The position numbers and the translations under genes were made by a program. Positions 28,706-41,693 of a stretch of DNA of 64,000 nt are shown piece by piece. The stretch's first letter is position 1. Every line of letters starts with the position of its first letter. This DNA is from Amoebidium appalachense (lineage: Eukaryota > Protista > Ichthyosporea): assembly GCA_963693365.1 (NCBI GenBank), contig CAVNZM010000017.1, positions 1,155,989-1,219,988 on the forward strand. Direction: 5' to 3'. The notes beneath the pieces were generated by a model. It was not told where the DNA came from. It worked only from the letters and a program-made list of their open reading frames with translations, and ran no database searches.

Positions 28706-29584
28706 ATGATTTCAGTTGAAAGAATAGGCCACCATTCGTGGCAGGACACATGGCTAAAACGTTTTACACGCTCTCACTCCAACTCAAACCAACAACCAAC
28801 ACGGTATTCCATACTCCAGCCACCACTCACCCAGAACTCCAACTGCACCATAAACCTCGCTAGAGACACACACACAGGAAACACCGTTTTGATGAAAACA
28901 ATGAAGAGAGATAAAGACACAGATGTGTTCATTAGGAGTGAGGTGGACATCCACAAAGCGGTCACGCAAAAGCCTCACCCAAACCTTGTTGGGTTTGTTG
29001 ACGCCATTTGGACACCAACTACGGTGACCATCATTCAAGAATACGTTAGTGGTGGTGACCTCGTTGATATGGTTATGGAGGATGGGCCAGTTACAGAGCA
29101 AAATGCGATTGAGTGTATATCCCAGCTCCTTTCAGCTTTGGCGCACATGCACGCTAACGGCTACGTTCACGGCGACGTGAAAGGGGAGCACTGTGTTTTG
29201 ACGGAAGATAAGAGCACCCTTAAACTCATCGACTTTGGGTTTGCCTCACCTGTTGACAAGCGCTCTGGCAACGCATATACACAGGGCACTCTACCGTATA
29301 CGGCACCTGAGATCTTTGCTCGCCGCTGCCAAGACCTTACAAAAGCTGATATTTGGGCTGCTGGTATCGTTTTTTTCAGCATGGTGACAGGGGGTTTCCC
29401 TTGGGAGGCTGCTGTTCCTCGTGATATGGATTATGCCTCGTATACACGGGGAAACATGGACGGATTCAGTGACATGTCTCCTCCACTTGCCACAGTTGTT
29501 CGTTCGATGCTGAACCCTGACCCAGCGATGAGACCGACGGCAGAGCAGGTGTTGAATAATTTGACGATGTTGAAGGTTATGTAG
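28706..29584 (+). CDS. Intronless Ser/Thr kinase-fold protein (CAMK/Chk1-like) with atypical catalytic motifs
   Basis: Single ORF; VLMK, HPNLV, EYVSGGDL, HGDVKGEH, DFG, GTLPYTAPE, DIWAAG, RPTA. First ATG at 28706. Confidence 0.88.
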   Translation: MISVERIGHHSWQDTWLKRFTRSHSNSNQQPTRYSILQPPLTQNSNCTINLARDTHTGNTVLMKTMKRDKDTDVFIRSEVDIHKAVTQKPHPNLVGFVDAIWTPTTVTIIQEYVSGGDLVDMVMEDGPVTEQNAIECISQLLSALAHMHANGYVHGDVKGEHCVLTEDKSTLKLIDFGFASPVDKRSGNAYTQGTLPYTAPEIFARRCQDLTKADIWAAGIVFFSMVTGGFPWEAAVPRDMDYASYTRGNMDGFSDMSPPLATVVRSMLNPDPAMRPTAEQVLNNLTMLKVM

Positions 29585-30808
29585 GAACATACATTCTCTG
29601 ACTATTAGTGACTATGAATGTTTATATTGAAGGACACACAGCCTAATACTGAATGTGTGAGTCATGATACCATATGGTTTTTGTACGTAGGAAAAGAGTA
29701 GGAACTTTGAAGGATACTGACCTTGTATTTTTATGTCTCAACCCTATATAATTTGTATCATAGTGTCGTTGTTGTACTCGTATGACATAATTCAAAGAGA
29801 TGAATATCATTCATTGTAAGGAGCGTATTGTAAAAATGTTGTGACTGTGTTTCTTACATTCTCCCACATAATCGCTTGCTGTTATTAATATTGGTCGGAA
29901 ATACCTGCGTCAATAAAGTTGCCCGGTTTGGGGCTGGCCCCCTTAGTTGAACACCATATACACCTTCGCACCGAGCGAGTTGCCGTGCAAGCTGAACGGC
30001 CACTTCCAACACTTCTTTCTTACTAACAGTAACAAATTCTACGATGTATATCAAGGTATTCGTCACAAAAACAACGAATAGGGTTGGAACGTAGTAGCTA
30101 CGATGTACATCATGTGTATACATATACGATTAGTTTTACCATGTACATGTTCAATCATCTTACCATAGTGCTGGTCACAGTAGTAAGCCTCTAATGCTTA
30201 CTAGAGTAACTCCGTTGGCGGCAAACGCTCCGGGCTGGGAGAGTAGTTGTTGTAGGCTCAACTTAATAATAGCTCTGTTCTGTGGTGCCCCACATGCGCG
30301 TACGCATCTTCAGGTCGTCTCAGTTCTTTTTTTATATGGCATGCCCTCTTGATTACTCACGTTTGTGATAGTGATTGCTGATAGAAGTATACAATTACGA
30401 TTAGCTCGCAGGGTAGTACACTAGAAGGCTAGTGACTACTATATAGTAACATACATGGCATTTGATGTGGTCACGAACTTCTAGACTTTCTTGTTGGCGT
30501 ACATGATTTGTCAATGTATTGTGCTTGTACGGCTGTACATGAAGAACCTTTGCACTTTCCAGATTCACATTATGTGCTCGTGTTGGTAGTGCAGCTTTTT
30601 AAGTGTTTGGTCAAGTGTGTGAGCCAGATGAGGGAGAGGGTGATGTACCTGTGTAACCATGCAACTTGTGTGTGTGTAATGTATGAGTGTGTGGGTGCGT
30701 GTGTGCGGTGCAAAGGTACGTGATTCTACAAGTGTCTGTGTTGCCCAGGGGCTCGTGCTGGAGCCGTACGATGCCCATGGGCATGTGTGCGTCAGTGTGT
30801 GTATCCGT

Positions 30809-30844
<36 letters not shown>

Positions 30845-32232
30845 GTGCGCGCACTTGTGTGTGTCTGACTCTCTCTGTGTGTGCGTGCATGTGTGTGTGT
30901 GTGTGGCTGTATGCGTGTGTGGGCAGGAGGGCATTTTGGGTGTAGATATACGCACACTTCTGTCATCCTCTCCGTGTTCATAGCCCAGTTTTTGCACTTA
31001 CCGCGTATGCGTTTACCAGCAACGTCAACTGACAGTGTGGTTTCATTTTGGAAGGTTTATTGTATATGTTCAAAGTTATGGGACTGCGTCAGCTTGAGCT
31101 TCTTGCCGTCATATGTTGCACGTCTTGAATAAGTACTTGTGACTGAATACTAATTAATGAACACCTAGACACCGGCGTACCCTTCCGATGATCTACGACG
31201 AGCCCAGCCTCTAATTCAACGAGATTTCAACCATCACAATTCCTCAAGTCAGCGGATTCAATCGCATGAAATATAGATGGGACGAATACCTAACTGTGTA
31301 AGCAATCAAGTACACCCCACGGTCAGGCTGACGGTCATGCCGTAACATCGTTGCCATTCATTGAGATCGACGTCATCTGCCGGACACACCCAAGACTCCA
31401 AGAGGGGTCACGCCAGCCGAACTAGGCCATGTAAGTTGAACTTTTCAAGTCCGGCAATGAACGAGGTATGGTTCGAAACGGGAAGAGACGACACTTAGTA
31501 TCGAATGTTCAATGAATAAACGGCTGGAGAACGCACTATAGATACATCATCAATGATTTGTAGTGTAGAAATCATGATTTCGATTTTCTATTTAGAAAAA
31601 TGTTTTTGGTCTTCGTTTTATTACGAATGACGGATCTAGGTTCATGGTTCAGGCCCCCAAAGCGACGTACAAAAGTGCACGACTCTCATAATTGCGACAG
31701 CGTCACCTACACTCTAACAAGTAGCCGTATTTCAACCCCTGGTAAACGGAATGCCTTACAATCATTTGATTGGTCTCCCATACTAGGCCTATGTCGTTAT
31801 GCGTTTTCATTGGATCTCCATATAAACGATTGGATTCCAACGATTGGTGGAGATGATCGCTTTTCGCTAAGCGGTGATTTCTGCAGGCAAGCGGGCGCAG
31901 CTTATTGGTGGACGCTGCTTAAGCTCGGTGACATTCCGAACTGTACACCAGCAACCTCTACTATTCTTTTTATTTTTATGCCAGAAATCATTTTGACAAG
32001 TTTTAGAATTTTTAAAGCTTTAAATATCTGACATAGTAACTTTTTACTGCAGTTTATTTATTCTGATAAATGGCTCGCCGTATCAGATGCGCGCATCTCT
32101 GGTTTCGATACAGGCCATTTGTTGACAATCCACCCCCATTTCATTCGATGTATGTCATCTATTGCTCTAAATGTGCACAAACGCTATCCGATTGGTTCGC
32201 GGAACTCTGTTTAGAATCGGCCGGGCCGCAGG

Positions 32233-32245
32233 CCTATATATAAAT
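32233..32245 (+). promoter_or_regulatory. Candidate TATA box of the second kinase
   Basis: cctatatataaat about 200 bp upstream of the ORF, with a reverse CCAAT (gattgg) just upstream. Confidence 0.4.
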
Positions 32246-32520
32246 GTGTCGAGGTACTTGGCCGATCATCATGGAGTTCGGTTATCATGTTCTTCTGATG
32301 GCCTGACCTGACCTGACCCACATGACCCACACATTACATTACACATTCAAGCGTGAAAGAGGGGAAAACATCACCTTTTAGAAGTAAAAACATAAACCGC
32401 TTCAACTCAAGTTTCTGAGCACACGCACACGCACACACGCAAACATGACTATTGCCGAGTTTTTTTTCCCGCGCAATCCCCTGCCTCTGGGCAGCAAGCG
32501 AATCGCCACAAACACCCGCA

Positions 32521-33471
32521 ATGCCACGTTCAGCAAGGGCGGTTTTTAACAGCATTAGCCCGGATAGCATTCATAGCACCTTCCCCACACCTACCATGAA
32601 AAAAATGGACACACAACAAACACCCCATGGTGCAATCAACATCGACAACAGATACAAAATCATCAAAAAGCACGCAGCAGAGGGTGCGTCTGGAATTGTC
32701 GATGTTGCTTTGGATTTGCACACGGGAAACAAGGTCGTCATTAAGAGGGTTAAACGCACACCCCACAACAGAGACACACTAATCAAAGAGGAGCTTATCC
32801 ACACACGCGTTTCCGTGCACCCACACGACAACGTCGCGCAGTTGTACGACAGCATTCACGACACACCGGGTGAGGTGGCGTTTGTGATGGAATATTGCGA
32901 GGGCGGAGACCTTTTGGACACTATTCCCCCCGATGTGGGTCTCCCTATCGAGCAAGCACTCAGTTACGCTCAACAACTCTTCCAAGGAATCCAACACTTG
33001 CACGCAAAGGGATACGCACACCGCGACATCAAGGGAGAAAACTGTGTACTCTCTGCCGACAAGCAGACACTCAAAGTGATCGATTTCGGGTACGCCGTGC
33101 GTCTGCGCGACACAGTAACAGGCACACGTGCATCTGGTACTGTCCCGTACATTGCTCCCGAGGTTTTCAATGCCACAGGGCACGATTTGAGCAAGTGCGA
33201 CGTGTGGGCGGCGGGTATCGTCTTGTACAGCATGCTCACGGGCCGGTTCCCGTGGAGCAAGGCGGCCCGAACCGATTACGAATTTGCGCTATTTATGGAC
33301 GGCACACACTCCGATTCTGAGTGGGCGAAGTGGGCTGCTCTCCCCGACGATGTTGTTGCTCTGGTATATGATTTGTTGGCTTTGAACCCTGCAAGTCGCC
33401 CTACCGCTGCCGAAGCTGCGGCCCGGCTCGAAAGTATGCTTCAGGCCCGATTGGCTATGCAGGGCGCATAA
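32521..33471 (+). CDS. Intronless Ser/Thr protein kinase (CAMK group, Chk1-like)
   Basis: EGASGIV, VVIK, MEYCEGGDLLDTIPPDVGL, HRDIKGEN, DFG, GTVPYIAPE, DVWAAG. The true start may be ATG 32445 if the T8 run at 32460 has one extra base. Confidence 0.92.
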   Translation: MPRSARAVFNSISPDSIHSTFPTPTMKKMDTQQTPHGAINIDNRYKIIKKHAAEGASGIVDVALDLHTGNKVVIKRVKRTPHNRDTLIKEELIHTRVSVHPHDNVAQLYDSIHDTPGEVAFVMEYCEGGDLLDTIPPDVGLPIEQALSYAQQLFQGIQHLHAKGYAHRDIKGENCVLSADKQTLKVIDFGYAVRLRDTVTGTRASGTVPYIAPEVFNATGHDLSKCDVWAAGIVLYSMLTGRFPWSKAARTDYEFALFMDGTHSDSEWAKWAALPDDVVALVYDLLALNPASRPTAAEAAARLESMLQARLAMQGA

Positions 33472-34062
33472 AATCATAAAAAAATTATAAAGATTATAAG
33501 TGGTTAATATGAGTTGAAGGCATAGAATGTTAGGAGAAGATAAACAAAACACGAGCGTTGATCGCACGTAGTGTATATATGCGAATGGTGTACATGCAAT
33601 GAACGAATCTGTGCAATATTATAATGACGCCCATTGTATGGGTGAGCTACAAAGCAGCAGAAAATATAATGGCCCAATCAGTGGTCGATTTTAACTAAAT
33701 TATGAGATCCGCTGCTTAACTCTTTTGAGCAATTCCAAACATGATATTCCACATTTCACGGAAGGATAAGGAAATTTGTGCGGGGCATCCAAAACAAACA
33801 TGTGCTCGGGTTTACACAGAACAAAAGAGTAAACTTGGCATCCACAAGTACACATACACCACACATACTTGCGTGCTCGAGCACGTGGGCATGCGCACTC
33901 GAATGCACGCACGAACACACACACACACGCGCGCGCGCACACACACGCGCGCGCGCACACGAACACGTGCACGTGCACGCACACACACACATACGCACAT
34001 GCACAGCGGACCCGTGCACCCTGTCGCACATGCACACACACATGCACACAAGGGAAAATCCA

Positions 34063-34093
<31 letters not shown>

Positions 34094-35128
34094 ACGCACA
34101 CACACACACACAAGTCTTTAAACCCGTCGCAGACACACACATGCGTGCGAGCGCCCAATCACTCACAAAAGACGCATCCATCAGAACATTACAAAACTAA
34201 CCAGGTATTTATCTAATGTTCTTCGAAACTTAAACCAATACACCACAATACCAATGTCGTTCCGTGCTTTCATTTCCAGTTTTTAGCCCCTCGCATCTAT
34301 TAAATCACGTGAAATGAATAGGGCCACGGAATATGAAATGTGCCAAGACATATGGCAGGCAGGATAAGTATACAACATGGGCCAGCCGAGATATGTATTT
34401 ATTGTATTTATTTTGAGCATTTATTTATTCTGCAAAATAATTCAGGTTCTTTGTAAGATAGAGCAAGGGGAAACGAGTGTGTTGCCCGGCCGGATATCTT
34501 AAGACTAAGTTGTAACAACACCGGATCTAGCATTTATCAATGTTATTTGAGAGATCTTTTGTAAATTATATTGTTAATATAATAATTTTATATATAATAT
34601 ATAATTATATTGAAGGGTATGGCCTCGTGATCTAGATCTATCATTTACCAGTATTTCATACTTCGTTCCATGGTCGGGGAGCTGCAGATTGTGAAAAAGG
34701 CTCTTGGAGGTACTGAAAAGACGTTAGATATTCAGATATTCCTTGGATAACCAGGTATATTACTCATATACACATGCATACCCCACTATATACACCATAC
34801 TATGGATGATCATTGACATGAAAATTTGACTTACAATGATTGAGAAAAAATGGCCAAGACGAGACATACACCATAAAATCTTAGACCTTCGGATCTTATT
34901 ACAGACACGAAAATCTTGCCACCCCTGTGTGTGGATACGTATGCGCGTGTGCATGCATGTATGCATGTGTGGGTAGGTGAGGTAGGGGTATTTAGGCGTG
35001 TGTGATTGGGTGTATGGGTGCATGAGGGAGATTTTTGTGTGGTTTGATGGATGTGGGTGGTGTTATGGTGTAAGTGACCGAGCCCTGAAGATTTTTTGAT
35101 GGGTGGGTGGTTGTGTGTGCACGTGTGT

Positions 35129-35177
<49 letters not shown>

Positions 35178-35699
35178 ACGGGGAGAGGGATTGTGCATGT
35201 GTGGATAGGTGGGGGGGGGGGGGGGGGGGGGGGTCAAGCCGTGTGTGACCGTAGTCCTGCAGACTTGACTTCCACGAGTCGGTGAGGAGCTGGGGGATGG
35301 GGAGAAGATGGGGGGGGGGGGAGGGGGGGGGGGGGGGGGGAAGGGAGGGAGGGAGGGGGAAACGATTGTACGTGTGTACAATCCCACCATCTCTTTTCAG
35401 ATACTCTTTATGCCTCCCCCCCACCCCCCCATCCTCTCTCCCCCCCCCCCCCCCCTTCCCCCCCCCCTCCCCCCCTCCCCCCTCCCCCCCCCCCCCCCCA
35501 TTGCAACCCCCCCCCCCCCCCCCACAAAAAAAAAAGGGGGGGGATCAAAGCTACCAACCCACCCACCCACCCACCCAGCTATGTAAGTATCATTAGATGT
35601 AACATATGATCATAAAATCGCTTTTTTTTCAGTGCGGATAAGCGAATATGTTGCCTGCATGATACACATTGCCGGGTTGTGTGCTGAGCGTCCAATATG

Positions 35700-38600
35700 T
35701 GTAAACAACTGTACACATGAACTGTACATGTTTACTAAAGAATGTGATCTACTAGCACACGATTCGTGCTTTGTCATGAATATCACATAAATATTATGTC
35801 CGCACCAATAGGACTCACTCTGACCTAAGAATTGAACCATATATGGTTCTTCAGCTGCATACCACATAAACGAAGTGAACCAATAAGAGGTTTGCATAAA
35901 TAGGACAAAGGTCTGACTGGCTCGGACCGCACCAGAATCACGAATGGCATGTTGCCACCCGCGCTGGCCGCGGATGAACCAATCCTGGGCCTTGATCCGA
36001 AACCTGGGGGCTATATAAGAAAGCCGTCCCAGTACGGGGATCACATCAGTGAAGTCTGAGACAGACTGAGTCGGCCCATAGTAAAAGCAACCTGGCCGCG
36101 TGTGCCTTTCTACCCGTTCTCTGTCTTTATTTTGATTCAGTTGTACTCTGCCTTATCCTAACTAGTCCAACTGTTTACATTGGCGACCGCGCAGTTCAAG
36201 AATCTCGCATCCTTCGAATCTCACATCTTTCAATCAGTTCAAGAATCTCACATCTTTCAATCAGCTCAAGAATCTCCCATGGCCGATCACAATCCTTTTT
36301 ACCCCGATGATAGGCACATCTTTCCTTGTCCGGCTTAGAATATATACACCTACAAGTTTGAAGTGGCCAGCCCACCTACACGGAAAGAATTGAAAGCATG
36401 TAAAACTTCTTTTGCTACGACACATCAAAAATGTGAAGAAAAACGAATACACAACGAAACAACGAATACACGAACAAACGAATAAAGAATTGCTAACGAA
36501 GCAATGAACCAACGAAAAACGAACCATCACGAATACGCAATGAAATAAAGAATTAACGACAAACGATTGCATAGAGGAAATACGAAATGAATGCAACACG
36601 AAAACAAAACGAAGTAACGAAGTTATCAAACGACAAAAAACGAAAAACGAAAGCAAAATGAAATGGAAATACGAAAATGAAAGAACGAATGCACAACACT
36701 GCTTGGGTTGCAATGCACACAGCCCCCTCTATGTTACGAAGAAAAGAAAACCGTTGCCCTTGCGTGCATTGCGCTATTGCACACTGTCATCGTGTCCATG
36801 CCACCGCATGCACCTCCACACTCGCAAGCCAGATGCACGGCCACTTTCAGCACGAATGCATTTAAAGAAGAAGATAGTCGCTGTTCCTATAGCATTGAGG
36901 ACATAAGGTGCTGTGAAAGTAGTTTTGCATGCATGCTTCGAATTTCTTGCTGTTTTCGAATACAGCATGCCCCATAGTTTAGCGCACAGGATGCACAACA
37001 TGCGCATGAATGTATGCTGGCATGCCTAAACACATTACGAACATATGCCTCATGTATGGCGGCCCTTCCTGGTGCCACGCCCTAACGAATTTGCACTCTT
37101 GGTGCACAAAAGGCATGTAATAAAGTCGATGCAGAACTTTTGTTCATGCATGTGAAAAACAAAGAAGGTGTTGGGTACGAATTTTAAGGTGAATGCCCGT
37201 CTGTGGCAATACGGTGTAACATACCAATTACACTGTCAAGCCTTGCACTAGCTGCCGGCACACCCCCACCAGAACAAAAGAATGTGGTATGGGCACCGCT
37301 CCCTCACAACCCCATCATACAGTGTCAGTATTTTGGCTGGAAGCCTTTCAGTTTCGAATTACGAATACCCTCCTTCACTACTGAAGAAAGTGACGTGGAA
37401 GACAAATACGAATACGAATGCAAGGTGTTGTTGACTAACACATCGGACCATCATGTGTACCTACTAGGCCCTGGTACGGAGGTGACCATGTTATTCCCTT
37501 GCAATATGATGACACTGTAACAATTTAGCACGTGCATACCCCACCAATGGGCACATGCGGGAGACAACCCCACAAGCTGCCTTATTGGGCACCTCTGCTA
37601 AAACGAATATTCTTCTCACGAAGGAACAGAAGAATGCCACGAACACGAACCACACACTCACCAGGCAGCTACTTACATCTAATGTATGTAAGAAGTAGGG
37701 TGTGTGAACGGGGTAACTTCATGAACACCAACACGAAAGAAAGCACAGCACAAAGCAGTTCCACGAATACGAATGGTTTTGGTATTCCACACAACGAACA
37801 GAACCTACAGTAGGGCCACCTACAAATGAAGCAGAGGATGGGGCACCATCCAGACCTGCACTGGAGGATATGAAGATACGAAGCGCGCTCACGAAGTTGC
37901 TTACAAAAGAAAGGGCGACTCTGACGACTTTTCTTTTTAGGCCAAGCCTCCAGAAGAATGTATTATGCCTGGAATCCCCCTGCTCAACGAAAAATGGCTG
38001 GCAAATGGGATACGAAAACTGCTCACGAATGGAAGCATGTGTTTTCTGAAGGAGGCTTGCTTTGCCTACCCTCTTCTTATGAATTATGAACCGGGCTTTT
38101 ACTGGTTCTGACGGGTGATATATTTCTTTATGTCGCCCAACGAAGAACACTTGGGCATTTTTATTCTGTTTTTCCCAGCTCCGATGATGCAGGGTTAAAG
38201 CTGAAAGGAAAGAAGTGCTCTTTGTTCATGAAAGAAGTGGCTTTTCCGGCCATGGTATCTCGGCTTACAGTCTTAAGGTAGAACCGGGATAAGGAGCAGC
38301 GGCTAAGCCTTGAAGCTATCCACCACTACCTGAGCTACGAAGTGACCTAAGGCTTGAGTTATATTCATTATCGAATGTTTGGTATGATCATTCATCCACA
38401 CAACCAAATTACTCGCAATTGAAAACGAATCTGCGGGAGTATCCTAAAAAGGAAAAATTCCCAAAAAGAAAAATACTACTTCTACAGAAAAGCCAAGCAC
38501 AGAGACGAAGCGAACAATTCGCACACACTCTGCAATAATCTTCGCCACGAAAATGAAATCACAGAAGAATGCTGCATGAATTTACGTTTTGGCAAATGAA

Positions 38601-39238
38601 GAAGTGCTCATAGACGTGCACAACTCTATTCAACCGTCCTTGCTCTGTTCTGCCCAGCAGGTCGGCGCACGAGAATTCTCGCTGAAGGTTGTTTATCGCC
38701 TCTCAGCCTGGTGGTTTGCTTGTCTAACGACACCACCAGGCTCCCAACAAGGGGGGAGTGTAAACAACTGTACACATGAACTGTACATGTTTACTAAAGA
38801 ATGTGATCTACTAGCACACGATTCGTGCTTTGTCATGAATATCACATAAATATTATGTCCGCACCAATAGGACTCACTCTGACCTAAGAATTGAACCATA
38901 TATGGTTCTTCAGCTGCATACCACATAAACGAAGTGAACCAATAAGAGGTTTGCATAAATAGGACAAAGGTCTGACTGGCTCGGACCGCACCAGAATCAC
39001 GAATGGCATGTTGCCACCCGCGCTGGCCGCGGATGAACCAATCCTGGGCCTTGATCCGAAACCTGGGGGCTATATAAGAAAGCCGTCCCAGTACGGGGAT
39101 CACATCAGTGAAGTCTGAGACAGACTGAGTCGGCCCATAGTAAAAGCAACCTGGCCGCGTGTGCCTTTCTACCCGTTCTCTGTCTTTATTTTGATTCAGT
39201 TGTACTCTGCCTTATCCTAACTAGTCCAACTGTTTACA
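35700..39238 (+). mobile_element. Non-autonomous Ty3/Gypsy-derived LTR retrotransposon with apparently identical 480-bp LTRs
   Basis: LTRs 35700-36179 and 38759-39238 (TGTAAACA...TGTTTACA). 5-bp TSD ATATG. PBS TGGCGACCGCG at 36181 (tRNA-Arg-like). PPT [16 protein letters not shown] the 3' LTR. Only decayed pol remnants inside (AGLKLKGKKCSLFMKEV near 38190). Confidence 0.93.
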
Positions 39239-39561
39239 ATATGCTCCTAAATTGGTGGATTATTGAGGAAAAGCAAATTACCCACGTCCGGGGGGAAGGG
39301 GGGGGGGGGGGGGGGGCATGTTTCTCCCCTGGGTCCCTCTCTGCATCCCCCTCCCCTCCGAACCCCACCCTCTCCCCACTTCTCCTCCATACATCCCCAA
39401 CTCTACATCACTCTATCGCACACTTCTAAGATAGTGAATGTTTTCCGGACAGAGGGGTTGGATCTCAGCTCTGCCTGGTATGGAGGGATATCACTTCTGG
39501 ACCCACGTGTCTCCTCCTATAAAATATCCCTGCTTTTAATTTTATGCTGATTGCCCCCTCC

Positions 39562-39602
<41 letters not shown>

Positions 39603-41693
39603 ACCCCCCCATTCACACAGACTCTTTCTCTTTCCTCCATCAATCGAGCCCATCCCCCTCTTTCTTCCTTTCTCTCTCCAACCCCCCCACCAACCCCCTA
39701 ACCCCCCTCCCTCCCCCTCCCTCTCCTAAAGCCTCCCTCTCCCCCTCTCCCCCCCGCCCTCTCTTCCCCGCCTCCACTACTCCTGCCCCCTCTCTCCCCA
39801 CCCAACCCGCCACCCCAGCCTGCCCTGGCACTTTTGTAGTTGATATTCCGATGTTTCCTCCACTCCCTGCCTCCGTGACTTTGCTTTGCCGGGATCAATC
39901 TGCCGTTGCTTATGCCATAAATAAGGGTATAACTTCATAACTACAGGTGAAATATCTTAAAAATAAACGTGACACTAATTCAGGCCCCAGTAACTTTTTT
40001 TCCTTCTTATATCCCATAAAGGCTTGTAGGATATCTCGTCATTCAGCGTGAGCTAATCAAGCCCCCACATATCACGCCGTCCGATCACGGTCTATGACTG
40101 GATCACTTCACCTGCATGCGCATAACCCCAGGTTCAAAGTGTTAAATTTCGAAACGCAGGAGGGGGGACAAGGGGGGGGGGGGGGGGGGGGGAGGTCACG
40201 ATGAGCTTAATGTGCAAATTGGAAGTCACCGACGTATCCCCCCATGTGGACCACCCTCCTTCTCCATATCACGTTCCCCCTTCCCCATCTCACCTCAACT
40301 GCCTACCCCCTCTCCCTCCCCCCCCCCCCCCCCCCTCCAGCAGGGACCCTCTCTTCCCCCCCCCCCAGCAAGGGGCGCCCCCATCCCCTTATCCCCGCCC
40401 CCCTCCCCCTCCCCCCCGCCCCACCCCCTCACCTTCCCCCCACACCTTTGCCACCACCACTTCGATATGTAGCTTGGAGTAAGAAGCGGCTAGGTTCTAA
40501 AATGTAGGTTTCTTTTGAGACATAGAACAATACCACCCTTCCCCCCCACCCTTCCCCCCCTCCCCCCCCTATCTCTTTCCCTTTCTCTTTCTTACCCTCC
40601 CCCCTCCCTCCTTTACCCCCCTCCCCCCCAAACCTCTCGAGCCCCCCTCCCCAAACAACATCCCCGTGTGTCTTTCATCCTCTACCCTCGAACCCCCACC
40701 CACGCTTCCTTCCCACAACTTTGCATGAAAACTCCCTAACATCCAATCCGATCTTCATTTTCACTGTGTTAGTTGATGCCTGGGTGATTTGCTTCAGGAC
40801 AGTGTCTCCGCAACCACAGTGATCGTCTTTAGCCCAAATATGGTTAAAGCAGATTGAAACGTGGACCATGCGATTGGTCGGTAGTTTCTCCTTGAAAATG
40901 ATTGGCTAGCTATCGCGTATCCCGTGGATAAAACCGTTTGCAGGGAATTCCCCACGCCAAATATGCCGAAAATTGAGTCCTGTTCATCATAAGATCCCCC
41001 ACCACTTTCCCCCCTGATTCCGTGGCCATGGGAGTCTGTGTGTTTTCTTCATGTGCGTATTTTTTTTTTTTTAGCAAAAAACAAAATGGATCTATGTGCA
41101 AGTTTAGTTCTATTCACAGGATATGTGATAGCTAGCCAATGAGGTTGTTGCAAAAACTAGCGGCCAATCACATGGTCCAGGTTTCAATCCGAAGAGTTGA
41201 GGCATAAGGACAAATGGTTTCGAGAGCGAGGGAGGGGAGGGGTTGAAAGGGGGTTAGAAGGTTCCGGACATATAATGAGGATTTTCGGACCCATGGCGAG
41301 GGAGGGTGGGTGTGTCTGTGTGTCAGCGGCGGGCAAGGGGGGGGGGGGGGGAAGGGGGGGAGGGGGGGGGAGGGGGGGGGGTTGTTTTGTACGGGTACAA
41401 GGGAGCAGAGTGCACAGAGGTGTCATGTAAAACACGACCAACACAATAAAGAGAGGGCAATCGGAGTTGTTCACGACACATAAAAGATTTCAAACAACAA
41501 CTGACTTTTTATTGTGCTCTCGGGTCTTTTTTGTATTTGCAACTTATCATTTTATCTCAACTAAAAGGGGAGAACCAATCGGTTCTATCAGATGATAGAA
41601 AAACACATTCCGACAGAGCATACACATTTCCAACTTCCGACATAACTGAAGCTTAGAAACTCTTACTTAAATAACTTAAGTAATTATACATCT

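Noticed and set aside
35610-39103. Duplicated ORF MIPVLGRLSY... (and MCTRIHPLRE... in the Copia LTRs)
   Set aside because: These are incidental ORFs inside LTRs, duplicated because the LTRs are duplicated.
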